Assembly (NCBI GenBank): GCA_963847195.1
Contig: CAWJZC010000003.1
Span: forward strand, 55,968-119,967
Length of the DNA: 64,000 nucleotides
Source of the DNA: an uncultured Chloroflexia bacterium
Lineage (GTDB): Bacteria > Chloroflexota > Chloroflexia > Thermomicrobiales > JALYUS01
Direction of reading: 5' to 3'
In this document: positions 8,131-19,477 of the stretch, piece after piece
Layout of the letters: the number at the start of each line of letters is the position of its first letter
How positions within the stretch are numbered: the stretch's first letter is position 1
Notes under the pieces: model-generated
Seen by the model: the letters and a program-made list of their open reading frames with translations, nothing else
Database searches by the model: none
What the model was told of the DNA's origin: nothing
Program-made: the position numbers and the translations under genes

Positions 8131-8904
8131 CCCTTGCTCAAGTGTCTCCCAGATGCGGGTCGCGGCGGCGCGGAAGGCGAGCCCTTCGCGGTCCGCGTAG
8201 CGCGTACGCGGGCGGGGGAGATCGATCGGCAGATCGAGGATCACCCGGCCCGGTCGCGCGCTCATCGCGCAGACGCGGTCGCCCATCGCCACCGCCTCAT
8301 CGACGCTGTGGGTGACGAAGACGACCGTCTTGCCGCTCCCCTGCCAGAGCGTCATCAGTTGCTCCTGCATCAGAATACGCGTCTGCTCATCGAGGCTGCC
8401 GAAGGGCTCGTCCATCAGCAGCACATCGGGGTCAATCGCGAGCGCGCGGGCGATATTGACACGTTGCTGCATCCCGCCGGAGAGGGTGTGCGGGTAGGCG
8501 CGGGCAAACCGCTCCAGCCCGACGCGGCGCAGTTGCGCGATGGCGATCTCCCGCCGCTGCGCGGTGGGCATCCCGTCCAATTGCAACCCATACGCGACAT
8601 TATCCACCGCCGTCAGCCACGGGAAGAGCGACTGTCCCTGGAAGACCGTCGCCACCCGCCCCGCCACCTGCACCGTGCCGCTCGTCGGTCGCGCCAGCCC
8701 CGCGAGGATCCGTAAGAGCGAGGTCTTCCCGCAGCCGCTCGGCCCGACGAGGCAGACGAACTCCCCCGGCCGCACCGTCAGATTCGTGTCCGCCAACGCG
8801 GGCACCGTACCGAACTGCTGCGTCACGTCTGCGACGAGGACCGCAGGCTGCGCGTGCCCGCCAGCCGGGGAGGGCGGTTCGCGAACCGCCCACGACGCTA
8901 TCAA
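8113..8904 (-). CDS. ABC transporter ATP-binding protein, NitT/TauT family
   Basis: Walker A GPSGCGKTS, signature LSGGMQQRVNIARAL, Walker B LLMDEP. The start is uncertain: TTG 8904 is the nearest in-frame start and its first codons translate palindrome 8865-8891. Confidence 0.85.
   Translation of the reverse strand: MIASWAVREPPSPAGGHAQPAVLVADVTQQFGTVPALADTNLTVRPGEFVCLVGPSGCGKTSLLRILAGLARPTSGTVQVAGRVATVFQGQSLFPWLTAVDNVAYGLQLDGMPTAQRREIAIAQLRRVGLERFARAYPHTLSGGMQQRVNIARALAIDPDVLLMDEPFGSLDEQTRILMQEQLMTLWQGSGKTVVFVTHSVDEAVAMGDRVCAMSARPGRVILDLPIDLPRPRTRYADREGLAFRAAATRIWETLEQGLRTDD
8865..8891. repeat. CCGGGGAGGGCGGTTCGCGAACCGCCC palindrome (copy 2)
   Basis: GGGCGGTTCGCGAACCGCCC is a perfect 20-nt palindrome (8872-8891) with the same 5' flank as copy 1. 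Confidence 0.9.
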
Positions 8905-8919
8905 TCTTCTCGCTACTCA

Positions 8920-9944
8920 TTACGCTACACGGCTTATATGGCCCCAGCTTCTTCACGGCGGCATCGGCGAAGGAGGTATCGATCTGCTTGTGCATGTCGA
9001 GCGGGTCTTTATAGGTGAGGCCGCCGCGCTCGAAGTAGAACTGCTGCATCGTCTGGAGGTCGTCGAGCTTGAACTGGCCGTTCGGGTCGAAGGTCGGCGC
9101 GTTGGAGCGCTTGGCGACATCGGCGGGCACTTTCGTGTACTTCTCGATAATGGTCGCGATTGCGTCGGTCTTGAAGGCGCCGCCTTGCAAGTCGCGGCAC
9201 GCCTTGATGTAGGCGTTCATGAATCCCTGCGCCGGGCCCTTCTTCTCCTGGGCGAACTTCGTGTTGTAGAGGACGATGGTCGGGAAGAAGCCGCTGATGA
9301 AGTCGTCGGAGAGGATCTGTATCTGCCCCTTATCCTTCGCCTGCGTGACGATCGGCTCGCCGAGCATCGACGCGGCAATCGCGCCGTTCTCCAAGGCGGC
9401 GGGCACATCGGCAAAGGCGACATTCTCCACCTGCACATCGGTCAACTTGAGGCCGCCCTTCTCCAGCGCGCGCGCCAGCCAGTACTCGGTCGCCGAGCCG
9501 GCCGCATTGATGGCGACTTTCTTGCCCTTGAGGTCCGCCACGCTCTTGATCTGGCCGCTGTCGTACGCCTTCTTGCTGACGACGAGCGGTGTCGTGACGG
9601 GCGGCGCCTCGCTGTGCAGCGGCGCGACGACCGTGATGCCGATGTTCTTCGCCAGCGCATTGAAGGTGGCGACGCCCAAGCCCGCCAAGGCCGACATCGA
9701 AGTTGCCCGTCGCCGTCTGCGTGATGACGTCCGTGCCGCCCGCCAGCGGGGCGAGGTTGATATCGAGATTTTCCGCCTTGAAGTACCCCTTCTCGATGCC
9801 GACGTAGAGCGGCGCATCGATCATCACGGGGATGTAGCCGACCGTCAGCTTGGTGGGGGTATCGGCGGATTTACTGCCGCCGCAGGCCGTGAGAACCAAC
9901 GTGATCGCGAGCACGCCGACCAGAGAACCGCTCAACCGACGCAT
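8920..9944 (-). pseudogene. ABC transporter substrate-binding lipoprotein, NMT1/THI5-SsuA-like; apparent frameshifts near 9690 and 8925
   Basis: MRRLSGSLVGVLAITLVLTACGG (lipobox) ..KLTVGYIPVMIDAPLYVGIEKGYF.. is followed in the next frame by NALAKNIGITVVAPLH...KKLGPYKP. One more +1 step gives VA-TAA (8920-8922) inside a heptamer array. As written, the frame runs on into the ATPase gene. Confidence 0.7.
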
Positions 9945-10593
9945 GGATCATCGCTCCTGCTGCGCTGCATGGGGAAGCCACGTCGCTTCCTCACCATAGT
10001 ATACCGCGCCGCGCGGAAAAGGGATGAGTCGCGCAATCCGCCCTTCTCTGTCACAGAGACGTTCAGAGCAATGTGTAATTCAGCACGCTCGCCGCATTCT
10101 TGAGCGTTGCCGATGCTTCATCGTCCGCGAGCGCGCGGTTGAATGCCGGTGTACTGGGATACGCTTCATCGATTGCCTGCGACCAGCGACGGGCCGGGCG
10201 GCGATCGCCTGTACAAATCGCCGCTCACATTCTGCGTCTGACTTTCGGGGTCCTCTGCGCTCTCGACGCGAGAGGCCTGGCCGAAGCCCCCCTCACTGAA
10301 CATTTGCCGCGCGCTCCGTCAGCCGATGCTCCGGCCGTACTCGTATTGAAGGGAACATCGGCATCAATATGTAGACGAGCGCCACAACCTCTCTAAGGAC
10401 CATATCGAGCCCCTGGTCTGTAAGCATCTTTCGCGTCACGGTGATAGGGATCACCTTTTCTATCAATGAGATACATTGTAAGCATACGGGTCCGTCGAAC
10501 ATCTTTGGGAAAGGTCCAGCATATTCCGACATCATTGGAGGGCGCTTCAGGAACCGCCCTCCACTTGGCTCTTTGTCACCTCCTACCCGCTTC

Positions 10594-11271
10594 TTACGCG
10601 AAGCGCTCTTCCTTCCAAGGGTCGGCGTCGTTGTGGTAGCCATACTTCTCCCAGAAGCCGAGGCGGTCTTCGGGCAGGAACTCGATGCCGCGCACCCATT
10701 TGGCGCTCTTCCAGGCGTACTTCTTCGGGATGACGAGGCGCAGCGGCCAGCCGTGCGCCGGGGAGATGTCCTCGCCGTTGTTGCGCCACGCGAAGAGGCA
10801 GTCGTCGTCCGCGAAGACGGGGAGGGGCATATTCGTCGTATAGCCGCCGTCGCACTTGACGAGGACGAATTTCGCCTCCGGTTGCAGGGTGACATGCGAG
10901 AGGACTTCCTTGGTGCTGACGCCCTCCCAAAGGTTGTCGAACGTGCTCCAGCGGGTGACGCAGTGCATGTCCGCCGTGATCTCGGTGTGCGGCAGGGCGC
11001 GGAACTCGTCGAATTTCCACGTCACCGGCTCCTCAACCAAGCCGGTGATCGTGAAGTCCCACCGGAAGGGATCGTAGCGCGGGATGCTCCCGTAGTGGAG
11101 GACGGGCCACTTATCGGTAAGCGTCTGGCCGGGCGGGAGCCGGTCGCCGTACGCGGCGCGGTTCGTGCGGGCAGAGTCAGGGCTTTGAAGATCATGGGGG
11201 CCTCCGAGATTCGCAACTCGCGGTATGAGATGCGCGCGCCAAACGCCGCTGTCTGGAAGCGAGTGTACCAT
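10594..11271 (-). CDS. Sulfite-oxidase-like molybdopterin oxidoreductase (small single-domain type)
   Basis: GDRLPPGQTLTDKWPVLHYGSIPRYDP..WDFTITGLVEEP..MHCVTRWSTFDNLWEGV...HGWPLRLVIPKKYAWKSAKWVRGIEF. SD AAGGAG precedes ATG 11271. Confidence 0.8.
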   Translation of the reverse strand: MVHSLPDSGVWRAHLIPRVANLGGPHDLQSPDSARTNRAAYGDRLPPGQTLTDKWPVLHYGSIPRYDPFRWDFTITGLVEEPVTWKFDEFRALPHTEITADMHCVTRWSTFDNLWEGVSTKEVLSHVTLQPEAKFVLVKCDGGYTTNMPLPVFADDDCLFAWRNNGEDISPAHGWPLRLVIPKKYAWKSAKWVRGIEFLPEDRLGFWEKYGYHNDADPWKEERFA

Positions 11272-11629
11272 CGGCTCCTTACCGTTGGATTACCTGTTCC
11301 ATGCGAAATGGAGCTCGTCGTTCGAAGTGCGAAGTGCGGACAGGAGGATTCAGCATCCCCTTCTTTCATCGAACGCCGAACGCCGAACGCCATTCCCATC
11401 GCAGCGCGCCCCTGCTATGCTGCGCCACGCGCACCCGGATGTACGGACAGATGGCAAGACCCGTTCCTTTTCCTTGCATTCCGGTGTGCGGTGTAGTAGA
11501 AGGTTCCACCTGAGAAGACGGGGGCGGAGAACCATGCGACACGTCCAGCGTCTCTTGTAGCGAGGAGACAGCCAGCGCTCCGTTGCTCATTACTCGGTAC
11601 TCGGTACTTGCCTTGGAGACCCCACGAAC

Positions 11630-13486
<1,857 letters not shown>

Positions 13487-13582
13487 CAATGAGTAACGAG
13501 CAATGAGTGATGAGCAACGAGGAACGAGCAACGAGAAGGGGCTTCGCATCCCCTCGTTGCTCGCTACTCGCTACTCGCTACT
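13487..13582. repeat. Heptamer-armed hairpin (GAGCAAC/GAGTAAC versus TCGCTAC arrays)
   Basis: GCAATGAGTAACGAGCAATGAGTGATGAGCAACGAGGAACGAGCAACGAG, loop AAGGGGCTTCGCATCCCC, then TCGTTGCTCGCTACTCGCTACTCGCTACT. It starts right after rpoD TAG 13484-13486. Confidence 0.85.
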
Positions 13583-14231
13583 TCCCGCTCCCCGCGCCAT
13601 CCTCTTCGACCTCGACGGGACGCTGATCGACAGCATCGAGTTGATCGTCCGGTCATTCCAGCACGCGACGGAGACGCATCTCGGCGTGCCGCTGTCGCGC
13701 GAGGAGATTATCCCGACCATCGGGCGCTCGCTGGCTGCGGAACTGGAGCGGATCGCACCGGGCAGCGGCGCGACCTTGCTCGCCACCTACCGCATCTATA
13801 TGCTCGCCAACCACGACGCATTCGTGACTGTTTATCCCGGCATCGTCGATCTGCTGGCGGCGCTCCATGCGTGCGGCCTGCCGACCGGGATCGTCACCTC
13901 GAAGGCGCGCATCTCCGCCGCGCCCTCCTTCGCGCGCTTCCTGCTCGACCGGGAGATGTCCGTCGTCGTCGTGGAGGACGACACCGAGCGACACAAGCCG
14001 CACCCCGATCCGCTCCTGCACGCCGCCCGGCTGCTCGATCTGCTACCCGCCGCATGTTGGTATATCGGCGACAGCACGCACGACATGATCGCCGCCCGCG
14101 CCGCCGGGATGACCGCCGTTGGCGCCGCCTGGGGACCGAATCGCGCCAGCGACTTAGCGCCTCTCGCGGACGCCGTCGCCGAAACCCCCGCCGACGTGCT
14201 CGCGCTGATCGTCGGAGACCGTCACGCATAA
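13503..14231 (+). CDS. HAD-superfamily hydrolase (phosphoglycolate phosphatase / PpaX-like)
   Basis: Motif [13 protein letters not shown], then GIVTSK and the [15 protein letters not shown] motifs. ATG 13503 lies inside the repeat hairpin, so in-frame TTG 13557 is an alternative start. Confidence 0.8.
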   Translation: MSDEQRGTSNEKGLRIPSLLATRYSLLPAPRAILFDLDGTLIDSIELIVRSFQHATETHLGVPLSREEIIPTIGRSLAAELERIAPGSGATLLATYRIYMLANHDAFVTVYPGIVDLLAALHACGLPTGIVTSKARISAAPSFARFLLDREMSVVVVEDDTERHKPHPDPLLHAARLLDLLPAACWYIGDSTHDMIAARAAGMTAVGAAWGPNRASDLAPLADAVAETPADVLALIVGDRHA

Positions 14232-14259
14232 GCGGTTCCGTCGTTATCTCTATCGCCGA

Positions 14260-15873
14260 TCAGAGCGTGCGCATCAGCAAGTGCCACGGGCTGGGCATCT
14301 CGCCAACGGGCACTTCGATCAGGACGGGCTCGTTGGCGGCGAGCGCCTCCCGCAGCGTCCCTTGCAGCGCGTCCGCGCCGTGCGCGCGCATCCCCGCGAT
14401 GCCGAAGGACGCGGCGAGGGCGACGAAGTCCGGGTTGGTCAGGTCCGAGACGATCGTCCGGCCCCGGTAGTTCTGCTGCTGGATGCGCTTGACGTTGCCG
14501 AAGGCATTGTCGTTGAAGACGATGGCGACGAGCGGGATGTTGTAATGCTTCATCGTCGAGAGTTCCTGGACGTTGTACATAAATCCGCCGTCGCCGGAGA
14601 CGCAGACGACTTTCTTGCCCGGATTGCCCGCCTGCGCGCCGAGCGCCGTGGCGAAGCCGCAGCCGAGCGTCCCCTGATAGCCGGGGCCGATCAGCGTGCG
14701 CGGCTCGTAGACCGGGTAGCCGAGGCTGGCGAAGAAGGAGATTTGCGTCACATCGTTGACGAGGACGCCGTCATCCGGCAATTCGGCGCGGATGGCATTC
14801 GAGAAGGACGCCTGCGGCTGGAGTTCGAAGAGTGTATCCGCCACCGATTCCTTCAGGGCATTCAGTTCCTTCTCGCGCGAGGGGCGCGGGCCGATGCCGT
14901 CCACTTGCGCGACGAGCGCAGCCACCGCCGCCTTCGCGTCCCCGACGATGCCAATGGCCGGGGCGGGCTGCCGCCGCACTTCGCGCTCGTCGGCGTCGAT
15001 GCGGATGACCGTCGCGCCGGATGGTACGCCCCATTCCTTCGGGTGGACGAAGCGCGTCCCGACCGCGAGGACGACGTCCGCCTCGGGCAGCAGGCGTTGC
15101 CCGGCGAGGCCATTCTGTGCGAGGTGGTGCCGCTCCGAGAGCGTGCCGCGCGCGTTCGAGGACATGATGACCGGCGCTTCGAGCATTTCGGCCAGCGCGC
15201 GCACCTCGTCCCACGCGCCCGACGAGAGCACGCCGCCCCCGACGCAGATCACCGGCCGCTCCGCCTTCCGTAGCGCCGCCGCCGCCTGCGTGAGGAGGGT
15301 GGGATCGCCCGCCGCACGCTCCACCGGCGCGGGGTCGAGCAAGGCGACATCGGCGGTCATCCCCAGCGTATCCGGCGGGATTTCGATCTCCACCGGGCGG
15401 GGGCGGTCGCTGCGGAGTTGGCGGAACGCCTCGCGCACGAGGGCGGGGATCTCCTGCGGTGTGACGGCCCGGCCCGCCCACTTCGTCACCGAGCCGATCA
15501 TCTCCAACTGATTGGGGATTTCATGGAGCTGCCCGACGCCCTGCTCGATCATCTTCGAGTTGATCTGCCCCGTGATGCACAAGACGGGCGACGAACAGGC
15601 GTATGCCGTGGAGAGCGCCGCGCTCGCATTCAAGAGCCCCGGCCCCGGCACGACCATGCAGGTGCCGATCTTCCCCGTCGTGCGCGCGTAGCCGTCGGCC
15701 ATGTACGCCGTCGCCTGCTCATGGCGGGTATGGTAAATCTTAATGTGCTCCTGCTCGTCGTACAGCGCGTCGAACGCCCAGTCCAATTGGACGCCCGGCA
15801 GGGCAAAGATCGTCTCGATCCCCTCCCGCTTAATCGACTGCACCAATGCCTGCCCACCCGTCATCTCATTCAT
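14260..15873 (-). CDS. Thiamine-pyrophosphate-dependent enzyme, acetolactate-synthase large-subunit family
   Basis: 537-aa intact ORF. N-terminal pyrimidine-binding domain GIETIFALPGVQLDW...HEQATAYMADGYAR. C-terminal TPP motif VSGDGGFMYNVQELSTMKHYNIPLVAIVFNDNAFGN. Confidence 0.85.
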   Translation of the reverse strand: MNEMTGGQALVQSIKREGIETIFALPGVQLDWAFDALYDEQEHIKIYHTRHEQATAYMADGYARTTGKIGTCMVVPGPGLLNASAALSTAYACSSPVLCITGQINSKMIEQGVGQLHEIPNQLEMIGSVTKWAGRAVTPQEIPALVREAFRQLRSDRPRPVEIEIPPDTLGMTADVALLDPAPVERAAGDPTLLTQAAAALRKAERPVICVGGGVLSSGAWDEVRALAEMLEAPVIMSSNARGTLSERHHLAQNGLAGQRLLPEADVVLAVGTRFVHPKEWGVPSGATVIRIDADEREVRRQPAPAIGIVGDAKAAVAALVAQVDGIGPRPSREKELNALKESVADTLFELQPQASFSNAIRAELPDDGVLVNDVTQISFFASLGYPVYEPRTLIGPGYQGTLGCGFATALGAQAGNPGKKVVCVSGDGGFMYNVQELSTMKHYNIPLVAIVFNDNAFGNVKRIQQQNYRGRTIVSDLTNPDFVALAASFGIAGMRAHGADALQGTLREALAANEPVLIEVPVGEMPSPWHLLMRTL

Positions 15874-15897
15874 GGACGGTTCCTTTCTTTATTCTTT

Positions 15898-15992
15898 ACC
15901 ACAGAGACACAGAGAACACAGAGAACAGAAGAGAAAGAAGACCATTATTTTCTTCTCGTCTCTGCTCTGTGTCCTCTGTGTCTCTGTGGTTC
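15898..15992. repeat. CACAGAG-type long palindromic element (copy 2)
   Basis: ACCACAGAGACACAGAGAACACAGAGAAC ... CTCTGTGTCCTCTGTGTCTCTGTGGTTC, between the BNR-protein stop and the start of the TPP enzyme. Confidence 0.9.
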
Positions 15993-16006
15993 AATACCCT
16001 CCCCGA

Positions 16007-19000
16007 TTACGCGACGATGGGCGGGATGGCCAGCGATTGGACGAGGTCGCCAAAGGACGGGATGTGCTCGTCCAGCAGTTGCTGGAGCTTCTTCCGCTGC
16101 TCGTCGATCTGCTCGGCGAGCAGATCGTAGACCTCGCCCGCGCCTTTGGTGGGCGCGTGGTCGGACTCGTCGATCATCGTGCTCAGGGCGCCCAATTTCT
16201 CCTTGATCTGCGCGGGGCCGGGCCGCGACTTTTCGGCGTCGAGCATCGTCAGCGTGCCCTCGATGGCGGTCAGTTGATCCTTGAGGGTCTTGCCCGCCTC
16301 GGAGACCCGCTTCGCGTTGGGGCTCCCCTTCGCTCGCGTCTCCCACTCATCGACCTGCGTGCGCACGCGCTGGATCTGATTGAGCGACTGATTCACCTCC
16401 GAAAGCCGGTCGCGGATGGCGAGTTTGAGGTCGAACTGCGCCTGCAGATCCTTCTCTCCGACGGGCAAACGCGGGTCGTGGACGATGGTGAAGGGCGCGG
16501 TGAAGGCCCGGTCACCGACCGTCAGACGCACCTGGTAATTGCCGGGGACGGCCTTCGGCGCGACGCCGCTTTCGAGCGCCTCTTGGCGCGGGGTGCCGCC
16601 CTTGCGATTCTCCAGCTTGGTCGGCATCGGATAGCGGTAATCCCAGACGAAGCGATTCATCCCCGCCGCGACGGGCACCCAGAGCGATTCATCGGACGAC
16701 TCGTCCTCGCTGCTCGCTTCCTCCTCGCCGGTCGCCTGCAAGACCTCGCCGGACGGTTCGCCGCTTTCTTCCGCCTTCTTCCCGTTGCTCTCCTTCTTGG
16801 TCGTGAAGGAGCGGATCTCCGTGCCGTCGGCGTCGAGGATGCTCAGTTTCACCGCGCCGCCGGGCTGCTCCTTCAACCAGTAGTGGATGATGACGCCCTC
16901 CGGCGGATTCTTGCCGGCGTCGTAGAAATCCTCGGTTTTCATGCCGTTCGCCGCCTCGGTCGGCTTGTAGGCGACGGTGACGGGGCCGGTCATCTTGTAG
17001 TTGACGAAGGAGGCTGGCTTGCGGTCGAAGGCGCGCGAGTAGAGCCGGTAGCGGACGGTGTCGCGCGGTGCGAAGAGGTGCGCCGTCTCATTCGTCAGAT
17101 CGTCCTGCATCTGGCGGAGCGGCGTGATGTCGTCCAAAATCCAGAAGGAGCGGCCATGCGTGGCGGCGACGAGGTCCGTCCCCTTGACGACGAGGTCCCA
17201 GATCGGCACGACCGGCAGGTTCGTCTCCATCCGCTGCCAGTTGCCGCCGTCATCGAAGGAGACGTAGACGCCCGTCTCGGTGCCGCAGTAGAGCAGGCCG
17301 CGCCGCGCCGGGTCCTCACGGATCGTGCGGGTGAAATCGTCCGCCGGGATGCCGCCGGTGATCTTCGTCCACGATGTGCCGTAGTCGTTCGTCTTGTAGA
17401 GGTAGGGCGTCGTGTCGTCGCTCTTGTAGCAGGTGGCGGCGACGTAGGCGGTCGCCTTGTCGTGCGGCGAGGGCTCGATGATCGAGATCATCGCCCATTC
17501 GGGCAGGTCGGGCGGCGTGATATTCGCCCAGTTCTTACCGCCATCGCGGGAGAGATGGACGAGGCCATCGTCCGACCCCGCCCAGAAGACGCCTTGCTCG
17601 TGCGGGGACTCGCGGAAGGCGAAGATCGTGCAATAAATCTCCGCGCCGCTGTTATCCGCCGTGATCGGGCCGCCGGATGAGCCGAGTTTGTCCGGGTCAT
17701 TGCGGGTCAAGTCGGGCGAGATGACCTCCCAACTCGCGCCCTCGTCGGTCGAGCGGTGGACGAAGTTCGAGCAGATGTAGAGCATGTCGGGATCGTGCGT
17801 GGAGATTTCCACCGGGAAGGTCCACTGGAAACGGTACTTCAGTTTGTCCGCGCCCGCGCCAAAGCCCTGCATCTCCGGCCAGACGGTGACGTTGCGCTTC
17901 TGGCCCGTCTCGGGGTTCCAGGCGATCAGCCGACCGTGGCCGAGGCCGGTGCCGATGCCGCCGCCGAAGACGAGGTGCGGCGGCTTGGGACTGACGGCGA
18001 TGTAGCCGCTCTCGCCGCCGCCCGGCTCGACGTAGTCCTTCCAAGAGATCGCGCCCTCGAAACCGATACTCGGCAGGCGCATCGCCCAGTTATCCTGCTG
18101 CGAGCCGTAGACGTTGTACGGCTGCTTCTCGTCGGTCGTGACGTGGTAGAACTGCGCCGTCGGCTGGTTGAGGATCGTCGACCACGAGCGGCCGCCGTCG
18201 TAGGTGATCGTCGCGCCGCCGTCATTGCCCTCGATGATCCGCTTCGAGTCGCGCGGGTCGATCCAGAGGCCGTGGTTATCGCCGTGCGGCGTCGGGATCG
18301 CCTCGAACGTCTTGCCGCCGTCGATCGACTTCCAGCAGCCCAATGTCAGCACCCAGACGGTGTTCGCGTCCTGCGGATCGGCGTAGATGTGCATGTAGTA
18401 CCACGGGCGGCGGCGGAGGTCCGGGCTGTCGCAGACGCGCTCCCAGGTCTCCCCGTAATCGTCCGAGCGGAAGAGCGCGCCGTCCTCCGCCTCGACCAAT
18501 GCCCAGACGCGCCCGGCCTGTGCGGGCGAGGCGGCGACGCCGATCTTGCCGAGGATGCCGGTCGGCAGGCCGCTGTTGCGCGTGATCTCCGTCCACGTAT
18601 CGCCGCCGTCAAGCGAGCGCCAGAGGCCGGAATCTTCGCCGCCGCTCGATGCGGCGTGCGGGTAGCGCTGCCCCTGCCAGATCGCCGCATAGAGGATGCG
18701 CGGGTTGCTCGTGTCCATCGCGATGTCGTGCGAACCGGCCCGCGCGCTCTTGTGCAGCACGAGGTCCCACGTCTCGCCGCCGTCTTTCGAGCGGTAGACG
18801 CCGCGCTCCTCGTTCGGACCCCAGGCGTGGCCGAGCGCCGCGACGTAGACGAGGTCGGAGTTGTGCGGGTGGACGAGGATGTCGCCGATATGGCGCGTCG
18901 CGGCGAGCCCCTTGTTCTGCCATGTCCGCCCGCCGTCGGTGGACTTGTAGACGCCGTCGCCGTGCGAGATGTTGCTGCGGATCGCCGTCTCGCCCATGCC

Positions 19001-19246
19001 GGCGTAGATGACATTCGGATCGGCGTCCGCAACAGTCAGCGCGCCGACGGCGGAGGTCTTGAAGAAACCGTCCGAGATGTTCTGCCAGTGGGAGCCGCCA
19101 TTGGTCGTCTTCCAGACGCCCCCGGCGCAGCCGCCGAAGTAGAACGTCCCCTGCTCACGCGGGTGCCCCGCGACGGCGACGACACGCCCGGCCCGGTGCG
19201 GCCCGATATTTCGCCATTCGAGCGACTTGAAGAGTGCTGAGTCCAT
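16007..19246 (-). CDS. Sortilin/VPS10-like BNR (Asp-box) repeat protein, about 1080 aa
   Basis: MDSALFKSLEWRNIGPHRAGRVVAVAGHP.., with many S-x-D-x-G-x-T-W Asp-boxes (STDGGRTW, SKDGGETW, SLDGGDTW, SDDYGETW, SIDGGKTF, TYDGGRSW, STDEGASW, SRDGGKNW, TNDYGTSW, SFDDGGNW). SD GGAAGGGGAG precedes ATG 19246. Confidence 0.85.
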   Translation of the reverse strand: MDSALFKSLEWRNIGPHRAGRVVAVAGHPREQGTFYFGGCAGGVWKTTNGGSHWQNISDGFFKTSAVGALTVADADPNVIYAGMGETAIRSNISHGDGVYKSTDGGRTWQNKGLAATRHIGDILVHPHNSDLVYVAALGHAWGPNEERGVYRSKDGGETWDLVLHKSARAGSHDIAMDTSNPRILYAAIWQGQRYPHAASSGGEDSGLWRSLDGGDTWTEITRNSGLPTGILGKIGVAASPAQAGRVWALVEAEDGALFRSDDYGETWERVCDSPDLRRRPWYYMHIYADPQDANTVWVLTLGCWKSIDGGKTFEAIPTPHGDNHGLWIDPRDSKRIIEGNDGGATITYDGGRSWSTILNQPTAQFYHVTTDEKQPYNVYGSQQDNWAMRLPSIGFEGAISWKDYVEPGGGESGYIAVSPKPPHLVFGGGIGTGLGHGRLIAWNPETGQKRNVTVWPEMQGFGAGADKLKYRFQWTFPVEISTHDPDMLYICSNFVHRSTDEGASWEVISPDLTRNDPDKLGSSGGPITADNSGAEIYCTIFAFRESPHEQGVFWAGSDDGLVHLSRDGGKNWANITPPDLPEWAMISIIEPSPHDKATAYVAATCYKSDDTTPYLYKTNDYGTSWTKITGGIPADDFTRTIREDPARRGLLYCGTETGVYVSFDDGGNWQRMETNLPVVPIWDLVVKGTDLVAATHGRSFWILDDITPLRQMQDDLTNETAHLFAPRDTVRYRLYSRAFDRKPASFVNYKMTGPVTVAYKPTEAANGMKTEDFYDAGKNPPEGVIIHYWLKEQPGGAVKLSILDADGTEIRSFTTKKESNGKKAEESGEPSGEVLQATGEEEASSEDESSDESLWVPVAAGMNRFVWDYRYPMPTKLENRKGGTPRQEALESGVAPKAVPGNYQVRLTVGDRAFTAPFTIVHDPRLPVGEKDLQAQFDLKLAIRDRLSEVNQSLNQIQRVRTQVDEWETRAKGSPNAKRVSEAGKTLKDQLTAIEGTLTMLDAEKSRPGPAQIKEKLGALSTMIDESDHAPTKGAGEVYDLLAEQIDEQRKKLQQLLDEHIPSFGDLVQSLAIPPIVA

Positions 19247-19477
19247 CCTGCTCCCCTTCCGACACGATACGGTCATGAAGCGCCCCCTATCGGCACATTC
19301 ATCGCGGCACTTGCCCGCCCGGTATACTAGCACCGTTCGCTCATTGCGCTGCGCCATTTTCGCTCGAAGATATGGCCTCTCGCTCGCATGTCCCGCTGCC
19401 GACGTACTGTGCCGTAGCGTTCATGGGCGATCCGGCTATCTCTTCCCCTTCTCCGGTGGGGAAGGGGTTAAGAGGAA

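Noticed and set aside
9945-10100. Possible second TPP riboswitch upstream of the NMT1-like binding-protein gene
   Set aside because: Neither the CUGAGA box nor the ACCUGAUC...GCGUAGGGA core is present on the minus strand.
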